Positions 39,144 to 47,620 of a DNA stretch of 64,000 bases are shown here, one piece after another. Origin of the DNA: a virus. Below the pieces are notes generated by a model that worked only from the letters and a program-made list of their open reading frames with translations, was not told the origin of the DNA and did not search any database. The stretch is from IMG/VR virus record IMGVR_UViG_3300027899_001695, positions 36,208 through 100,207 of that record. One strand, written 5' to 3'. The first letter of the stretch is position 1. Each line of letters begins with the position of its first letter. Position numbers and translations under genes: made by a program.

Positions 39144-39173
39144 GGTAGCTTCAAAACCCCCCTGTGATATACT
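39144..39173 (+). promoter_or_regulatory. Repeated promoter, copy 9
   Basis: ggtagcttcaaaaccccctgtgatatact pattern. Confidence 0.8.
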
Positions 39174-39218
39174 GTTAGGGTAGAGAGAAAATAAACATAG
39201 CAGGAGAGTTAAAACAAT

Positions 39219-39407
39219 ATGATACCATGTAACAAGTGCGGGAATACAGTCTATAGCATGAAAGGCAAGTGCCTATCATGCGGTAATCAGCAATTCAAGA
39301 GCAAGGAAACGGTCATACAGAAAGTAAATACAGTCGTTGATAACATGGTGGCCGACAAGGTAGAACGTATTTTAATGGCTCTGGTTAAGGTAAACGTATG
39401 CGACTAA
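39219..39407 (+). CDS. Zinc-ribbon microprotein (paralog of 46514..46654)
   Basis: CNKCG...GKCLSCGNQQF. Confidence 0.6.
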   Translation: MIPCNKCGNTVYSMKGKCLSCGNQQFKSKETVIQKVNTVVDNMVADKVERILMALVKVNVCD

Positions 39408-39608
39408 ATCAGGTAGCAGGAAATGTAATCCTGTGCATAGCATTTATATCCTTGCCGTTATTGATACTTGCGGTGACTGTTGCCTATATGATTATTTAAC
39501 AACGCTTGATTAAAGCTATGTCAATAGCAATTACAAGAACAACGATTATAAGAACCGATGCGAACATGGACTTGCGGACATCGGATATGTATACTACCTA
39601 ATCCCAAT

Positions 39609-39702
39609 CACGCATGACCGAATAACGGCATAGTGCGTATGTGATGCCTATATGGAGAACATCGCATAAGCGTACAGCCGTTGTTCTCATGCGTGGTTTT
39701 TT
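39609..39702 (+). terminator. Long hairpin with T-tail (terminator or structured RNA end)
   Basis: cacgcatga..gaataacggc pairs with gccgttgttctcatgcgtg, then T-run. Confidence 0.65.
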
Positions 39703-39865
39703 ATTTGCCCATTGGGATGGTCACATGGGCTCATCGTATGCGTGAACGTACATTAGATACCCCTAAGTAGCGAAGCTACTACGGGGCATTTGAATGTCCC
39801 CTAATGATATCTTCACATGGTGTTATTTGAATAGGCTTTCATATGAATTGGTATTATCCTATAGT

Positions 39866-39894
39866 GTAGCTTCAAAACCCCTGTATGGTATACT
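39866..39894 (+). promoter_or_regulatory. Repeated promoter, copy 10
   Basis: gtagcttcaaaacccctgtatggtatact. Confidence 0.8.
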
Positions 39895-39954
39895 GTTAAG
39901 GTAGAGGAAAAGACGAGCTTATCCTTTATAATAATAAATGCGAGGTACGATATA

Positions 39955-40326
39955 TTGCCAGTAGCGAAGAAAGGAAAGGGAAAGGTTGCGGAAACCAACA
40001 CAGCAAAGGTCAATACGGATAAAGCCGTTAAAAGTAAAGGTAAGGATGCCAAAACTGAGAAAGTTGAGGCGTTAGACTTATGTGACATGCTGATTTACGA
40101 CAGCAAAAACTGCACAGTCGGTACTGATAAGAAAGGCGAGTATGTGATTATCAAGGCGAAAATCGTAAAGACACAATCAGCCAATAGCTTTACGCTTGTC
40201 AATCTGGGCGGTTTCAAGTCTGCGAAGAACGCACCCGATAATATGACTGGTGCGTTTGCTGATGCAGGCGGTTATATCAACTTTCTCATCGGATATACTA
40301 AGGCGGACTTCGTAAAAGGTTCCTAA
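39955..40326 (+). CDS. Lys-rich hypothetical protein, monocistronic
   Basis: Own promoter, GAGG RBS, own terminator. Confidence 0.7.
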   Translation: MPVAKKGKGKVAETNTAKVNTDKAVKSKGKDAKTEKVEALDLCDMLIYDSKNCTVGTDKKGEYVIIKAKIVKTQSANSFTLVNLGGFKSAKNAPDNMTGAFADAGGYINFLIGYTKADFVKGS

Positions 40327-40332
40327 GACTAC

Positions 40333-40370
40333 GGGCGTGTGCGAGAAATCGCATACGTCCATTTTCTTTT
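40333..40370 (+). terminator. Intrinsic terminator
   Basis: gggcgtgtgcga-gaaa-tcgcatacgtcc plus T-run. Confidence 0.8.
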
Positions 40371-40706
40371 ACCTGTTTGGATACCCCTAAAATGGGCTTG
40401 CTATATAGCCCTAAAATAGGGGTATCTCTATTATGTACGTGGTGTGTGTGGTAGACTGTAGAATGTCCTTGCATATCTGTAGCATTGTGTCCTGTATATG
40501 TATACTGTATTCCTGTGTGATATTCCCTTCGGGAAACTTTCTTTTCTCCGCATTTTATTTTATTCTATCCTGTATCTGTGCATCGTGTGTGTGCTGTGCT
40601 GTGTGCAGGTCGTGTGGGACATTCGGCTGTGGAGATGCGGGATTTTGTGGGGATTATACGAGCTGTTACCGTAATTCTCACCAAATTAAAAATTGAAAGT
40701 AAGCTC

Positions 40707-40735
40707 TTGACAACTTAGTTATTTTGTGGTATACT
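40707..40735 (+). promoter_or_regulatory. Consensus sigma70 promoter TTGACA-N17-TATACT with extended TG
   Basis: Direct match. Confidence 0.85.
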
Positions 40736-40741
40736 AGTGGT

Positions 40742-40936
40742 ATGAATAAGAAATCGCCTAAAATACATGACACTATATGCCCAGGATGTGGTGTGTCCCA
40801 CCAAGCATATAAGCCCCAAGAGTACTGTATTGCTTGTTGGGTAAATTTTAGCTCTTTCCAAAGATTCTTAATACTAAAAAAAGCGGGGAAAAATGAAAAG
40901 AAAACAAGTAAGAAGACATTCGATAGATGTCTGTAA
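40742..40936 (+). CDS. Zinc-finger microprotein
   Basis: CPGCG...CIACW...FQRFLILKK. Confidence 0.55.
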   Translation: MNKKSPKIHDTICPGCGVSHQAYKPQEYCIACWVNFSSFQRFLILKKAGKNEKKTSKKTFDRCL

Positions 40937-41069
40937 AGAATGCCACATATTTTATACTATGAGTTCATTGGGAATTTGTTTTCCATGTTGGGAGAAAAAG
41001 AACGAATTTGCACAATGGCTCATATTAAAAAAGGCGGATAAACAAGATAATCCGAAGGATTTGAAATGA
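40893..41069 (+). CDS. Zinc-finger microprotein (not in ORF track)
   Basis: CKEC...CFPCWEKKNEFAQWLILKK; paralog of next ORF. Confidence 0.6.
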   Translation: MKRKQVRRHSIDVCKECHIFYTMSSLGICFPCWEKKNEFAQWLILKKADKQDNPKDLK

Positions 41070-41245
41070 ACCTAACAACTAAAGACACAACTTTTATCAA
41101 AAAAAGAACATTTCTATTCAAATGTAAAGATTGTGGTAATGTTACTTTAAGTAGATTGAAGTATTGTTTCTCTTGTTGGGACAAGAAGAACGAATTGGCT
41201 AGGTTTCTCATAATAAAAAAAGCGGAGAAAAAGAAAGTACTATAA
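41066..41245 (+). CDS. Zinc-finger microprotein (not in ORF track)
   Basis: CKDCG...CFSCWDKKNELARFLIIKK. Confidence 0.6.
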   Translation: MNLTTKDTTFIKKRTFLFKCKDCGNVTLSRLKYCFSCWDKKNELARFLIIKKAEKKKVL

Positions 41246-41451
41246 TGTTTGAAATGAGAGATACTTATACTTGTCATATTTGTGGCTTACCTTGTCGTTC
41301 TTTCCTTCGTTATATTAATAATGTAGTAGTTTGTGCCTATTGTCAAGATAAGGAGTCTACAGATATAAGGACCTATTTAATGATTAAAAAACTAAGAAAT
41401 GAAGACCCAACTGAATATAGAGGAGGATTTGATTATGATTGGACCGAGTAG
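41245..41451 (+). CDS. Zinc-finger microprotein
   Basis: CHICG...CAYC...RTYLMIKKL. Confidence 0.55.
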   Translation: MFEMRDTYTCHICGLPCRSFLRYINNVVVCAYCQDKESTDIRTYLMIKKLRNEDPTEYRGGFDYDWTE

Positions 41452-41902
41452 CAATGAGGAGCAGTTTGAGCGAAACCAGATAATAATAAATAAGGTATCC
41501 CAAGGCAATACAATGGAGTCAATTGGAAAGGAATATGGCATATCCAAGCAGAGAGTGGAGCAAATCTACCGCAGAGGGTTCAAAAAGGACCCAGACCTCA
41601 TGACAATTAATGAATATTGCAACAAAAAGCACATAAGCAGGAGCAAAATTGACAAGCAAATCAAGAATGGAGAGATAAACTTTGTCAAAGTGGGCAATAA
41701 ATACCTCATCAAAACTAGCTTCAAAATCACCAAAATCTGTGGAAATTGCGGAATAGAGTATGAACCTGACCGTAGATTTAGGTACTGTTCAGAAGATTGT
41801 AGAGATAATGCATTAAAAGAGCAGCATAAGAGGGCTCTATGGCGTAGATTTAATCGTTTGAAGAAAGAAAAAGATAGACTTGTACAACCAGAAGTGGTAT
41901 AA
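41399..41902 (+). CDS. DNA-binding protein: sigma70 region-4-like HTH, excisionase-like HTH and zinc finger
   Basis: TMESIGKEYGISKQRVEQI; LMTINEYC...IKNGEINFVKVGNKYLI; CGNCG...YCSEDC. Confidence 0.7.
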   Translation: MKTQLNIEEDLIMIGPSSNEEQFERNQIIINKVSQGNTMESIGKEYGISKQRVEQIYRRGFKKDPDLMTINEYCNKKHISRSKIDKQIKNGEINFVKVGNKYLIKTSFKITKICGNCGIEYEPDRRFRYCSEDCRDNALKEQHKRALWRRFNRLKKEKDRLVQPEVV

Positions 41903-42143
41903 TATACAAATGGAGGTGCAAATGAGAGGCATACGATTAATCAAGTCAAACCAAATTGCTAAAAGATATCTAAAACATTGTGGCTCTTGGTATCGAGACC
42001 CAAATGACAAAAGATTAATTGGCATCCTAAGAAAAACTAGAGTACCTTGTTCTTGTTGGATGTGTTGCAACCCTCGTAGAATCTATGGCAACGGTCATCT
42101 TGGAAAAACATTTAAGGAGAGAAAGTTAGAATACTATGAGTAA
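41880..42143 (+). CDS. Small phage protein (CSCWMCxNPR type)
   Basis: RKTRVPCSCWMCCNPRR. Confidence 0.6.
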   Translation: MYNQKWYNIQMEVQMRGIRLIKSNQIAKRYLKHCGSWYRDPNDKRLIGILRKTRVPCSCWMCCNPRRIYGNGHLGKTFKERKLEYYE

Positions 42144-42363
42144 AAAAACAGATACTTGGGCAGAGATGTTAGACGTCTTAAAAGACATCGGAGGACATTT
42201 AGCTACGGCTGATAAAAATGAAAAAGTTAAGCCAGTACATATGGAAACATGCTACTACTGCAAAGGACCCATTGAAGATGGAGTAGTCAAAGGTGGTTAT
42301 ACTTATTGCAATCTTGACCATGCGATTAAGAATACATTAAAAAAAGCGGAAGGAGAGAATTAA
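42136..42363 (+). CDS. Zinc-finger microprotein carrying a copy of the scaffold N-terminal helix
   Basis: WAEMLDVLKDIGGHLATAD plus CYYC...YCNLDH. Confidence 0.7.
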   Translation: MSKKTDTWAEMLDVLKDIGGHLATADKNEKVKPVHMETCYYCKGPIEDGVVKGGYTYCNLDHAIKNTLKKAEGEN

Positions 42364-42767
42364 TGAATAAAGAAATTAACCCAGCAGAATATCTAAAGAA
42401 GGTATTCAATTGTCCAGAAGATGATTGGGGAGCAGTAAAATTTGGGCGGATAAAAGAAAAGTTTATCAATCTTATCAATACAGAAGATGCAAGTGGTGTT
42501 CTTCTTGAACTAGCCAAAGCATACTCAAATGATGTTACAAGGTATTTTATGCTTGATGAGATGCAAGATAAGACAGACACTACAATAGAGTCTATGATGG
42601 AGCTTGGTAACATTGCAGCTATGGGGTTCATTCTCATGGGAGTCTACTATGGTTATATGCTCAAGCAGAAAGAAATACGAGAGAAACCAATCCTGGTAGA
42701 CTGGAGTTTTCTAAAAGATATCAAGGAAAGTAAGAAAGAGAAGAAAGAGGATACCGATATGGTATAA
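42363..42767 (+). CDS. Hypothetical protein
   Basis: ORF with GGAG RBS. Confidence 0.6.
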   Translation: MNKEINPAEYLKKVFNCPEDDWGAVKFGRIKEKFINLINTEDASGVLLELAKAYSNDVTRYFMLDEMQDKTDTTIESMMELGNIAAMGFILMGVYYGYMLKQKEIREKPILVDWSFLKDIKESKKEKKEDTDMV

Positions 42768-43204
42768 TGAGAATTTTTTATTTCTTTGCAATACTCTTCA
42801 TGTCTATGTTTATGATGGTAGGAATCGTTATAATCCAGCAACCTACTCCTCTTAAAGAACTACCACCTACTATTCAACAACAATCGATAGACTGGTTATC
42901 ATTAGATATGGAAATACATCTAAGCTTCTTAGAGAGGCCAGAAGACCCTATCTATGCAGCACCATATATCAATACAGGTTCACATAAATTCCATCAAGAG
43001 TGGGCAGATAACTTTGATGAAATCATAAAGTTTATTAAACGGGAACCCTGCAAGTACACAAAAGATGAGTGTCTAGAATTATTGGGCGAAGCCCAATCCA
43101 CACACGCAGGAGTAGTAAGTCGTGATTATCAAGTACTTCAATGGAACTATGACTGGTTTGAACGCTATGAGATAATCATGAAATATATAGAAACAATAAA
43201 ATAA
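42767..43204 (+). CDS. Membrane-anchored or secreted protein
   Basis: N-terminal hydrophobic segment. Confidence 0.6.
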   Translation: MRIFYFFAILFMSMFMMVGIVIIQQPTPLKELPPTIQQQSIDWLSLDMEIHLSFLERPEDPIYAAPYINTGSHKFHQEWADNFDEIIKFIKREPCKYTKDECLELLGEAQSTHAGVVSRDYQVLQWNYDWFERYEIIMKYIETIK

Positions 43205-43224
43205 AAAACGGAGAGAAAGAAAAG

Positions 43225-43749
43225 ATGAGTTTAGAAAAGACTATTCAAACATTCATCAAAGAAGGTAAAGAAGCAGAAATGCTATTTGCTACTACAGCAG
43301 CTAAACAAGGATTCGAAGTTATTAAATCCAGTAGATTGGCTGATTTACATGAACATTGGGACTATCTTCTAAAGAAAGACAATAAAAAAGTGCGGGTAGA
43401 AGTAAAAGGACTAAAAAGATTTAGCCGTAAAGATGAGAATTATATGGTAGACTATACTTGGGTGGAGTTACATGGGGTAGGAAAGAACAACCAAGGCTGG
43501 TTGTGGGGAAAAGCAGACATAATTGCCTTTGAAACTGCTCATAATAGCTTTATTCTTGTACCAATTGAAGATTTAAGAACCCTATTAATGAAAAAAATGC
43601 GGAGAGAGGGAAGGCAATATTCACTCTCAAATCCAGCAGAAATGGCCTATAAACAGTATTCTAGAGGACTTGACAGACATGATATAATAGTATGTGTACC
43701 ACTAGAAGATATATATAGGATAAAATCTGTAGAATGGAAGAAGATGTAA
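43225..43749 (+). CDS. PD-(D/E)XK family nuclease
   Basis: EGKEAE...HWDY...VEVKG motif. Confidence 0.6.
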   Translation: MSLEKTIQTFIKEGKEAEMLFATTAAKQGFEVIKSSRLADLHEHWDYLLKKDNKKVRVEVKGLKRFSRKDENYMVDYTWVELHGVGKNNQGWLWGKADIIAFETAHNSFILVPIEDLRTLLMKKMRREGRQYSLSNPAEMAYKQYSRGLDRHDIIVCVPLEDIYRIKSVEWKKM

Positions 43750-43940
43750 TTAAACCACACCCAGAATCCTGGTATAATAAGCACTATGCAGTCTACTGTA
43801 GATATTGTGGCAAGCATATACTAAGTGCCCCTTACTACGAGTTAGAACTACTAGGCCATGCTACAATGGATGGTAGTTTCTGTTGTAAAAGACATGAGAT
43901 ACTCAATAAATTAAAAAAAGCGGGAGAAAGAAATGATTAA
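43734..43940 (+). CDS. TRASH-like zinc-finger microprotein
   Basis: CRYCG...FCCKRHEILNKLK. Confidence 0.55.
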   Translation: MEEDVIKPHPESWYNKHYAVYCRYCGKHILSAPYYELELLGHATMDGSFCCKRHEILNKLKKAGERND

Positions 43941-44124
43941 GACAGCAATTGGGCTAGCAATGTTTGGTATATCTGTAGGTATAATAGCCTTGTTATACTA
44001 CTTCTTTAAGTATTTTGGAATTATTTAACATGTGGGAAAAAGTACTAGAATACTTTGGAGATAACGTAACAGCACAGAAGATTCTAGAAGTGTTCTACTA
44101 TCTGGAACAGGAGGATGAAGAATA

Positions 44125-44322
44125 ATGGATAGAACAAATACAGCCATAACTGAGAGCATTTCCTGGGTGTGCCCTATGTGTGGAAAAGGTTTTAATATGT
44201 CTCATAAAGATTGGGTGTGGTTTATTAACTGGAACCTAAAAGAAAAACAAAGCTGGTTTTATGAATTTCCATATTGTAGTAAAAGATGTAAACTACTTAA
44301 TAAACTCAAGGAAGCAAAATAA
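44125..44322 (+). CDS. TRASH-like zinc-finger microprotein
   Basis: CPMCG...YCSKRCKLLNKLK. Confidence 0.6.
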   Translation: MDRTNTAITESISWVCPMCGKGFNMSHKDWVWFINWNLKEKQSWFYEFPYCSKRCKLLNKLKEAK

Positions 44323-44340
44323 AAAAGCGGAGAAAAGAAA

Positions 44341-44556
44341 ATGGAATGCCCAATTAAGAATCATGCAGTAGAAACTGGTACATATAGAGGTAAGTCTTCT
44401 ACTAGGGATTGTAATGAAGAGAAGTGTGCTTGGTGGATGAGAGCATTTGAATGTTGTAGTATTACAGCTCTTGCTATCATTACGTACAATAAGACTACAG
44501 AGCCACTTATAGATAGAGGTTCTTTTGCCGAGTATGCCAAAGAAGATGAAGAATAA
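44341..44556 (+). CDS. Cys-rich microprotein
   Basis: CP...CNEEKCAWW...C. Confidence 0.55.
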   Translation: MECPIKNHAVETGTYRGKSSTRDCNEEKCAWWMRAFECCSITALAIITYNKTTEPLIDRGSFAEYAKEDEE

Positions 44557-44653
44557 AAAATTGCGGAGAAAAAAGAAAATGATTATATTAATGATAGCTT
44601 TGGGTCTTCTAGTAGGAATAATTCTAGGTTATCTCATATGGGGTATAAAGTAA

Positions 44654-44836
44654 ATGCCACCGAATACTCTTCCTTATACTAGTTCTACTATAGGTAGTCC
44701 TCAGAATACCTTTATAAAATGGTATAGGTGTGAGTACTGTTATAAAGAAATACAAAATGGTACTCTTAGGAACAGTCATATATACTGCAATCTTCGGCAT
44801 GCAATCCTAGGGGCACTCAAAGGAGAACAAAAATGA
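44654..44836 (+). CDS. TRASH-like zinc-finger microprotein
   Basis: CEYC...YCNLRHAILGALK. Confidence 0.6.
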   Translation: MPPNTLPYTSSTIGSPQNTFIKWYRCEYCYKEIQNGTLRNSHIYCNLRHAILGALKGEQK

Positions 44837-44993
44837 TGGGATTTATAGTTGTCATGGCCATTACGTTCATTATTATGCCCGCATTTTTTATTTGTGCATG
44901 CGTATGGATTGGTGGGAAGGTGGGTGGCACCGTTTATGATACATTTTTCAGACGCAAGGACCGTCATGAGTATATACGGGAGAAGTTTAACAA

Positions 44994-45191
44994 ATGTCCG
45001 TAATAAAAACAGAATCACATAAAGTAGTAGGTTGGGATAAATGTCATTATTGTCTTAAACACCACACAAAAGGCAGTACTATACTATATGCTATAATGAG
45101 TCAAGCTGATAATGGTTTAGGATGTCATCATTATGAAGCCTATTGTAACAAAAGATGTTTATTACTATCTGCATTAAAGGAGAGTAAATAA
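44994..45191 (+). CDS. TRASH-like zinc-finger microprotein
   Basis: CHYC...YCNKRCLLLSALK. Confidence 0.6.
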   Translation: MSVIKTESHKVVGWDKCHYCLKHHTKGSTILYAIMSQADNGLGCHHYEAYCNKRCLLLSALKESK

Positions 45192-45697
45192 TGGAATTTT
45201 TTATTGCCAATGTGGCTACAGGTAGAGAAGCACAAACTAAAGAACTATTAGAAAATAGAATCGAAGAAGCAGGTCTGGCATCTAAAGTAGGACGTATTCT
45301 CATTCCTACAGAGAATGTAGTAGCTACTAAGAAAGGCTCACGTGTAATTGTCTCTAAAAGAGTAGCTCCTGCTTATCTTATGGTAGAGATGGAAAACGAG
45401 ATAGAGTTGTTTTCTTTTATGCGAACTATTAACGGAATCTTTAAATTTCTAGGTAACCCTCCCAAACCTCTATCACAAGAAGAAACAAATCAATTATTGA
45501 CTTGGATTGTGGCTCCTCCTAGAACTCAAAAGAATATAAAAAGAGGAGATAATGTACAGATTACAGATGGGCCATTTAAAGACTTTGTAGGCATTATACA
45601 AGACATCAATAATAAGAAAGCTAGAGTCTCTATAATTGTCTTTGGTAAAGAAACTACCATTGCAATGGACCCTTTAGCTCTTGCTAAAATTTGCTAA
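45191..45697 (+). CDS. nusG: Transcription termination/antitermination factor NusG
   Basis: NGN domain (GREAQTKELLENRI, ILIPTE, PAYLMVEM, KFLGNPPKPL) and KOW (GDNVQITDGPFKDFVG...IVFGKET). Confidence 0.93.
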   Translation: MEFFIANVATGREAQTKELLENRIEEAGLASKVGRILIPTENVVATKKGSRVIVSKRVAPAYLMVEMENEIELFSFMRTINGIFKFLGNPPKPLSQEETNQLLTWIVAPPRTQKNIKRGDNVQITDGPFKDFVGIIQDINNKKARVSIIVFGKETTIAMDPLALAKIC

Positions 45698-45709
45698 GTG
45701 TGGTATAAT
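45681..45709 (+). promoter_or_regulatory. Sigma70-type promoter TTGCTA-N17-TATAAT
   Basis: Direct match with extended TG. Confidence 0.65.
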
Positions 45710-45720
45710 ATAATAGAAGC

Positions 45721-46089
45721 ATGAAGATGGAGAATCTATTAGAGAAACATTCGTCTTTCTTTTCTCCGCATTTTTATTTTGAATGTGGGGATGGCTGGTA
45801 TGATATTCTTGATGATTTCTTTAAGATGCTTTCTGTTCAGAAACTTGAAGTTACTGTGGCTCAGGTTAAAGAGAAGTATGGAGATTTAAGAATATATGTA
45901 GAATATGAGAAGGCCACACTATTAGAACACAATCTGATTAGGCAACTTATTCAAGAGACTGAAACAAAATCAAGAACAATTTGTGAAATTTGCGGTAAAA
46001 AAGGAAAAATAGAAAAGATAAATGGTTGGTACAGTTGTAGATGTACCCATTGTAGAATAATGTATAAATTACAAGAGAGTAAAATATGA
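45721..46089 (+). CDS. Conserved phage protein (QVKEKxGxLRxY type)
   Basis: FECGDGWYDIL...QVKEKYGDLRIY...CEICG. Confidence 0.7.
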   Translation: MKMENLLEKHSSFFSPHFYFECGDGWYDILDDFFKMLSVQKLEVTVAQVKEKYGDLRIYVEYEKATLLEHNLIRQLIQETETKSRTICEICGKKGKIEKINGWYSCRCTHCRIMYKLQESKI

Positions 46090-46514
46090 CAATAATAAAA
46101 GATTTAACAAAAAGGGCCCAAAGATGTGATTGTTGTGGCAATGCTAACATAATGTACTTTCTATTGAAAGACCTTTCTAGAAATCGCCACCATTTTCACT
46201 ATCTTTATGACTTTACGTTCCCACAATTGGAAGCTGTACCACATCCTACAGAGAAAGATATTGTCACATTGATATGTGAAGAGATGGGACGGAGTAAAGA
46301 AGTCATGAAAGGCATAAATGAAGGCTATGAATTGGTTTCTTACTACTGTTGGGGCTGTGCTACAAGAGGGCTAAATAAGTTCTTAATTATGAATAAGTTC
46401 CAAGAAAAGGAGGGTGATTGCCACTATTGTAACAAAAATACCTACTTTATTAAAGCAAAAAGACTAGGAATGACCAAAGGATTGGAAAATATGGAAACAA
46501 GGAGAGTAAGGTAA
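46086..46514 (+). CDS. Cys-rich hypothetical protein
   Basis: CDCC, CWGC, CHYC. Confidence 0.55.
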   Translation: MTIIKDLTKRAQRCDCCGNANIMYFLLKDLSRNRHHFHYLYDFTFPQLEAVPHPTEKDIVTLICEEMGRSKEVMKGINEGYELVSYYCWGCATRGLNKFLIMNKFQEKEGDCHYCNKNTYFIKAKRLGMTKGLENMETRRVR

Positions 46515-46654
46515 TGGCAGTATGCACAAAATGCAAAGGCGAGTCAATGTTCTCAATTCATGGTAGGTGTCTATTATGTGGTAATCCGCAGTTTCCGTCT
46601 AAAAAGAGGCCTGTAGCAGAGCCGAAAGATGTGGATAAAGAGAAGAGTGATTGA
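46514..46654 (+). CDS. Zinc-ribbon microprotein (not in ORF track)
   Basis: CTKCKG...GRCLLCGNPQF, similar to 39219..39407. Confidence 0.55.
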   Translation: MAVCTKCKGESMFSIHGRCLLCGNPQFPSKKRPVAEPKDVDKEKSD

Positions 46655-47499
46655 ATGGAGTGTCTGGTCTTCTTCTTTAGACTGGGCACTACCACTTCGT
46701 ATTAATATAGAACCAAACAATACTGCATTTGAGATTCAATTTCTCTGTTTCTCTTTTGCACTTTGGAGGAGGGAAATCTATGAAACTGATAACAGTCATA
46801 GGTAACTGGAACGTGCTCAAATTAGATGAGCAGGACCCAATAGAATATGCTGTTACAAAAGGAAAAACTTTATATCATAACCGAGAGGAAGGGGCAGCAA
46901 TAAGACTAGCAGAGTTGCTATCTAAGACTGATGGAGAAGAACTTGAAGCAGTATAATAAAATTTTAATTGAAAAAAGAAAAGAAAGTAACCAAAGAAAAG
47001 AAATAAGCTACTTCGTAGCTACTATTAATAAACTATACTATATCAAGAAGAATATATAATATATATAGAAGAACTAAGAATACTTTTTCATAATAATTTT
47101 TATTTTGGAGGAAAAGAAAATGCATAATTGTCCTGGATGTAACAACCCTTTACAGAAGAAGTATGTACCATATCATGAGAAGGAGATGGACTACTGCCCT
47201 GAATGTGGATGGAGTGAAGAAGACGGAGATAGTTATTGCTGGCCTAGAAAAGAAGGAGTTCAATTAAGACTGGAGGGAATGTAATGGAAATTTTTGTTGA
47301 CTGTGTTAAATGGTACTCAGTACTTTTACTTGGAGTAGTAGAAATATCACTTGCTCTTAGTATTGCTACATCAAAAGATTGGACTGAAGGATGGCCTAAA
47401 ATTATTTCTTTTATTCTTTTTGCGCCAATTTTATTGCTTGTAGTTTACATGTTTACTATATAAAATTTGCGGAAAAATAGAAAAAAGAAAGAAAAGGGC

Positions 47500-47529
47500 T
47501 TGACAAACCCTATAGCAATAGTGTATAAT
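47500..47529 (+). promoter_or_regulatory. Sigma70 promoter of tRNA array (TTGACA-N18-TATAAT, A-rich UP element)
   Basis: Direct match. Confidence 0.85.
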
Positions 47530-47546
47530 ATATTTACTGTGACTAC

Positions 47547-47610
47547 AGAAAGAGAGGACGGTTTCTTAACAAGGGCCGTTTTTTCTAATTTGTACCTTAA
47601 AAACAGAATA
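47547..47610 (+). promoter_or_regulatory. Leader hairpin plus rrn-type boxA-like element (TGTACCTTAAAAACAGAATA)
   Basis: Resembles rRNA-leader boxA antitermination sequences; directly precedes first tRNA. Confidence 0.55.
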
Positions 47611-47620
47611 GTCCTAGCAT

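Noticed and set aside
23972-39894. GTAGCTTCAAAACCC repeats as a CRISPR array
   Set aside because: Spacing is 180 bp to about 4.9 kb with whole genes in between, and each copy has a -10 box at fixed distance; no cas operon
40433-40696. Cys-rich 87-aa ORF
   Set aside because: Cys/Val content is a by-product of TG repeats; no RBS
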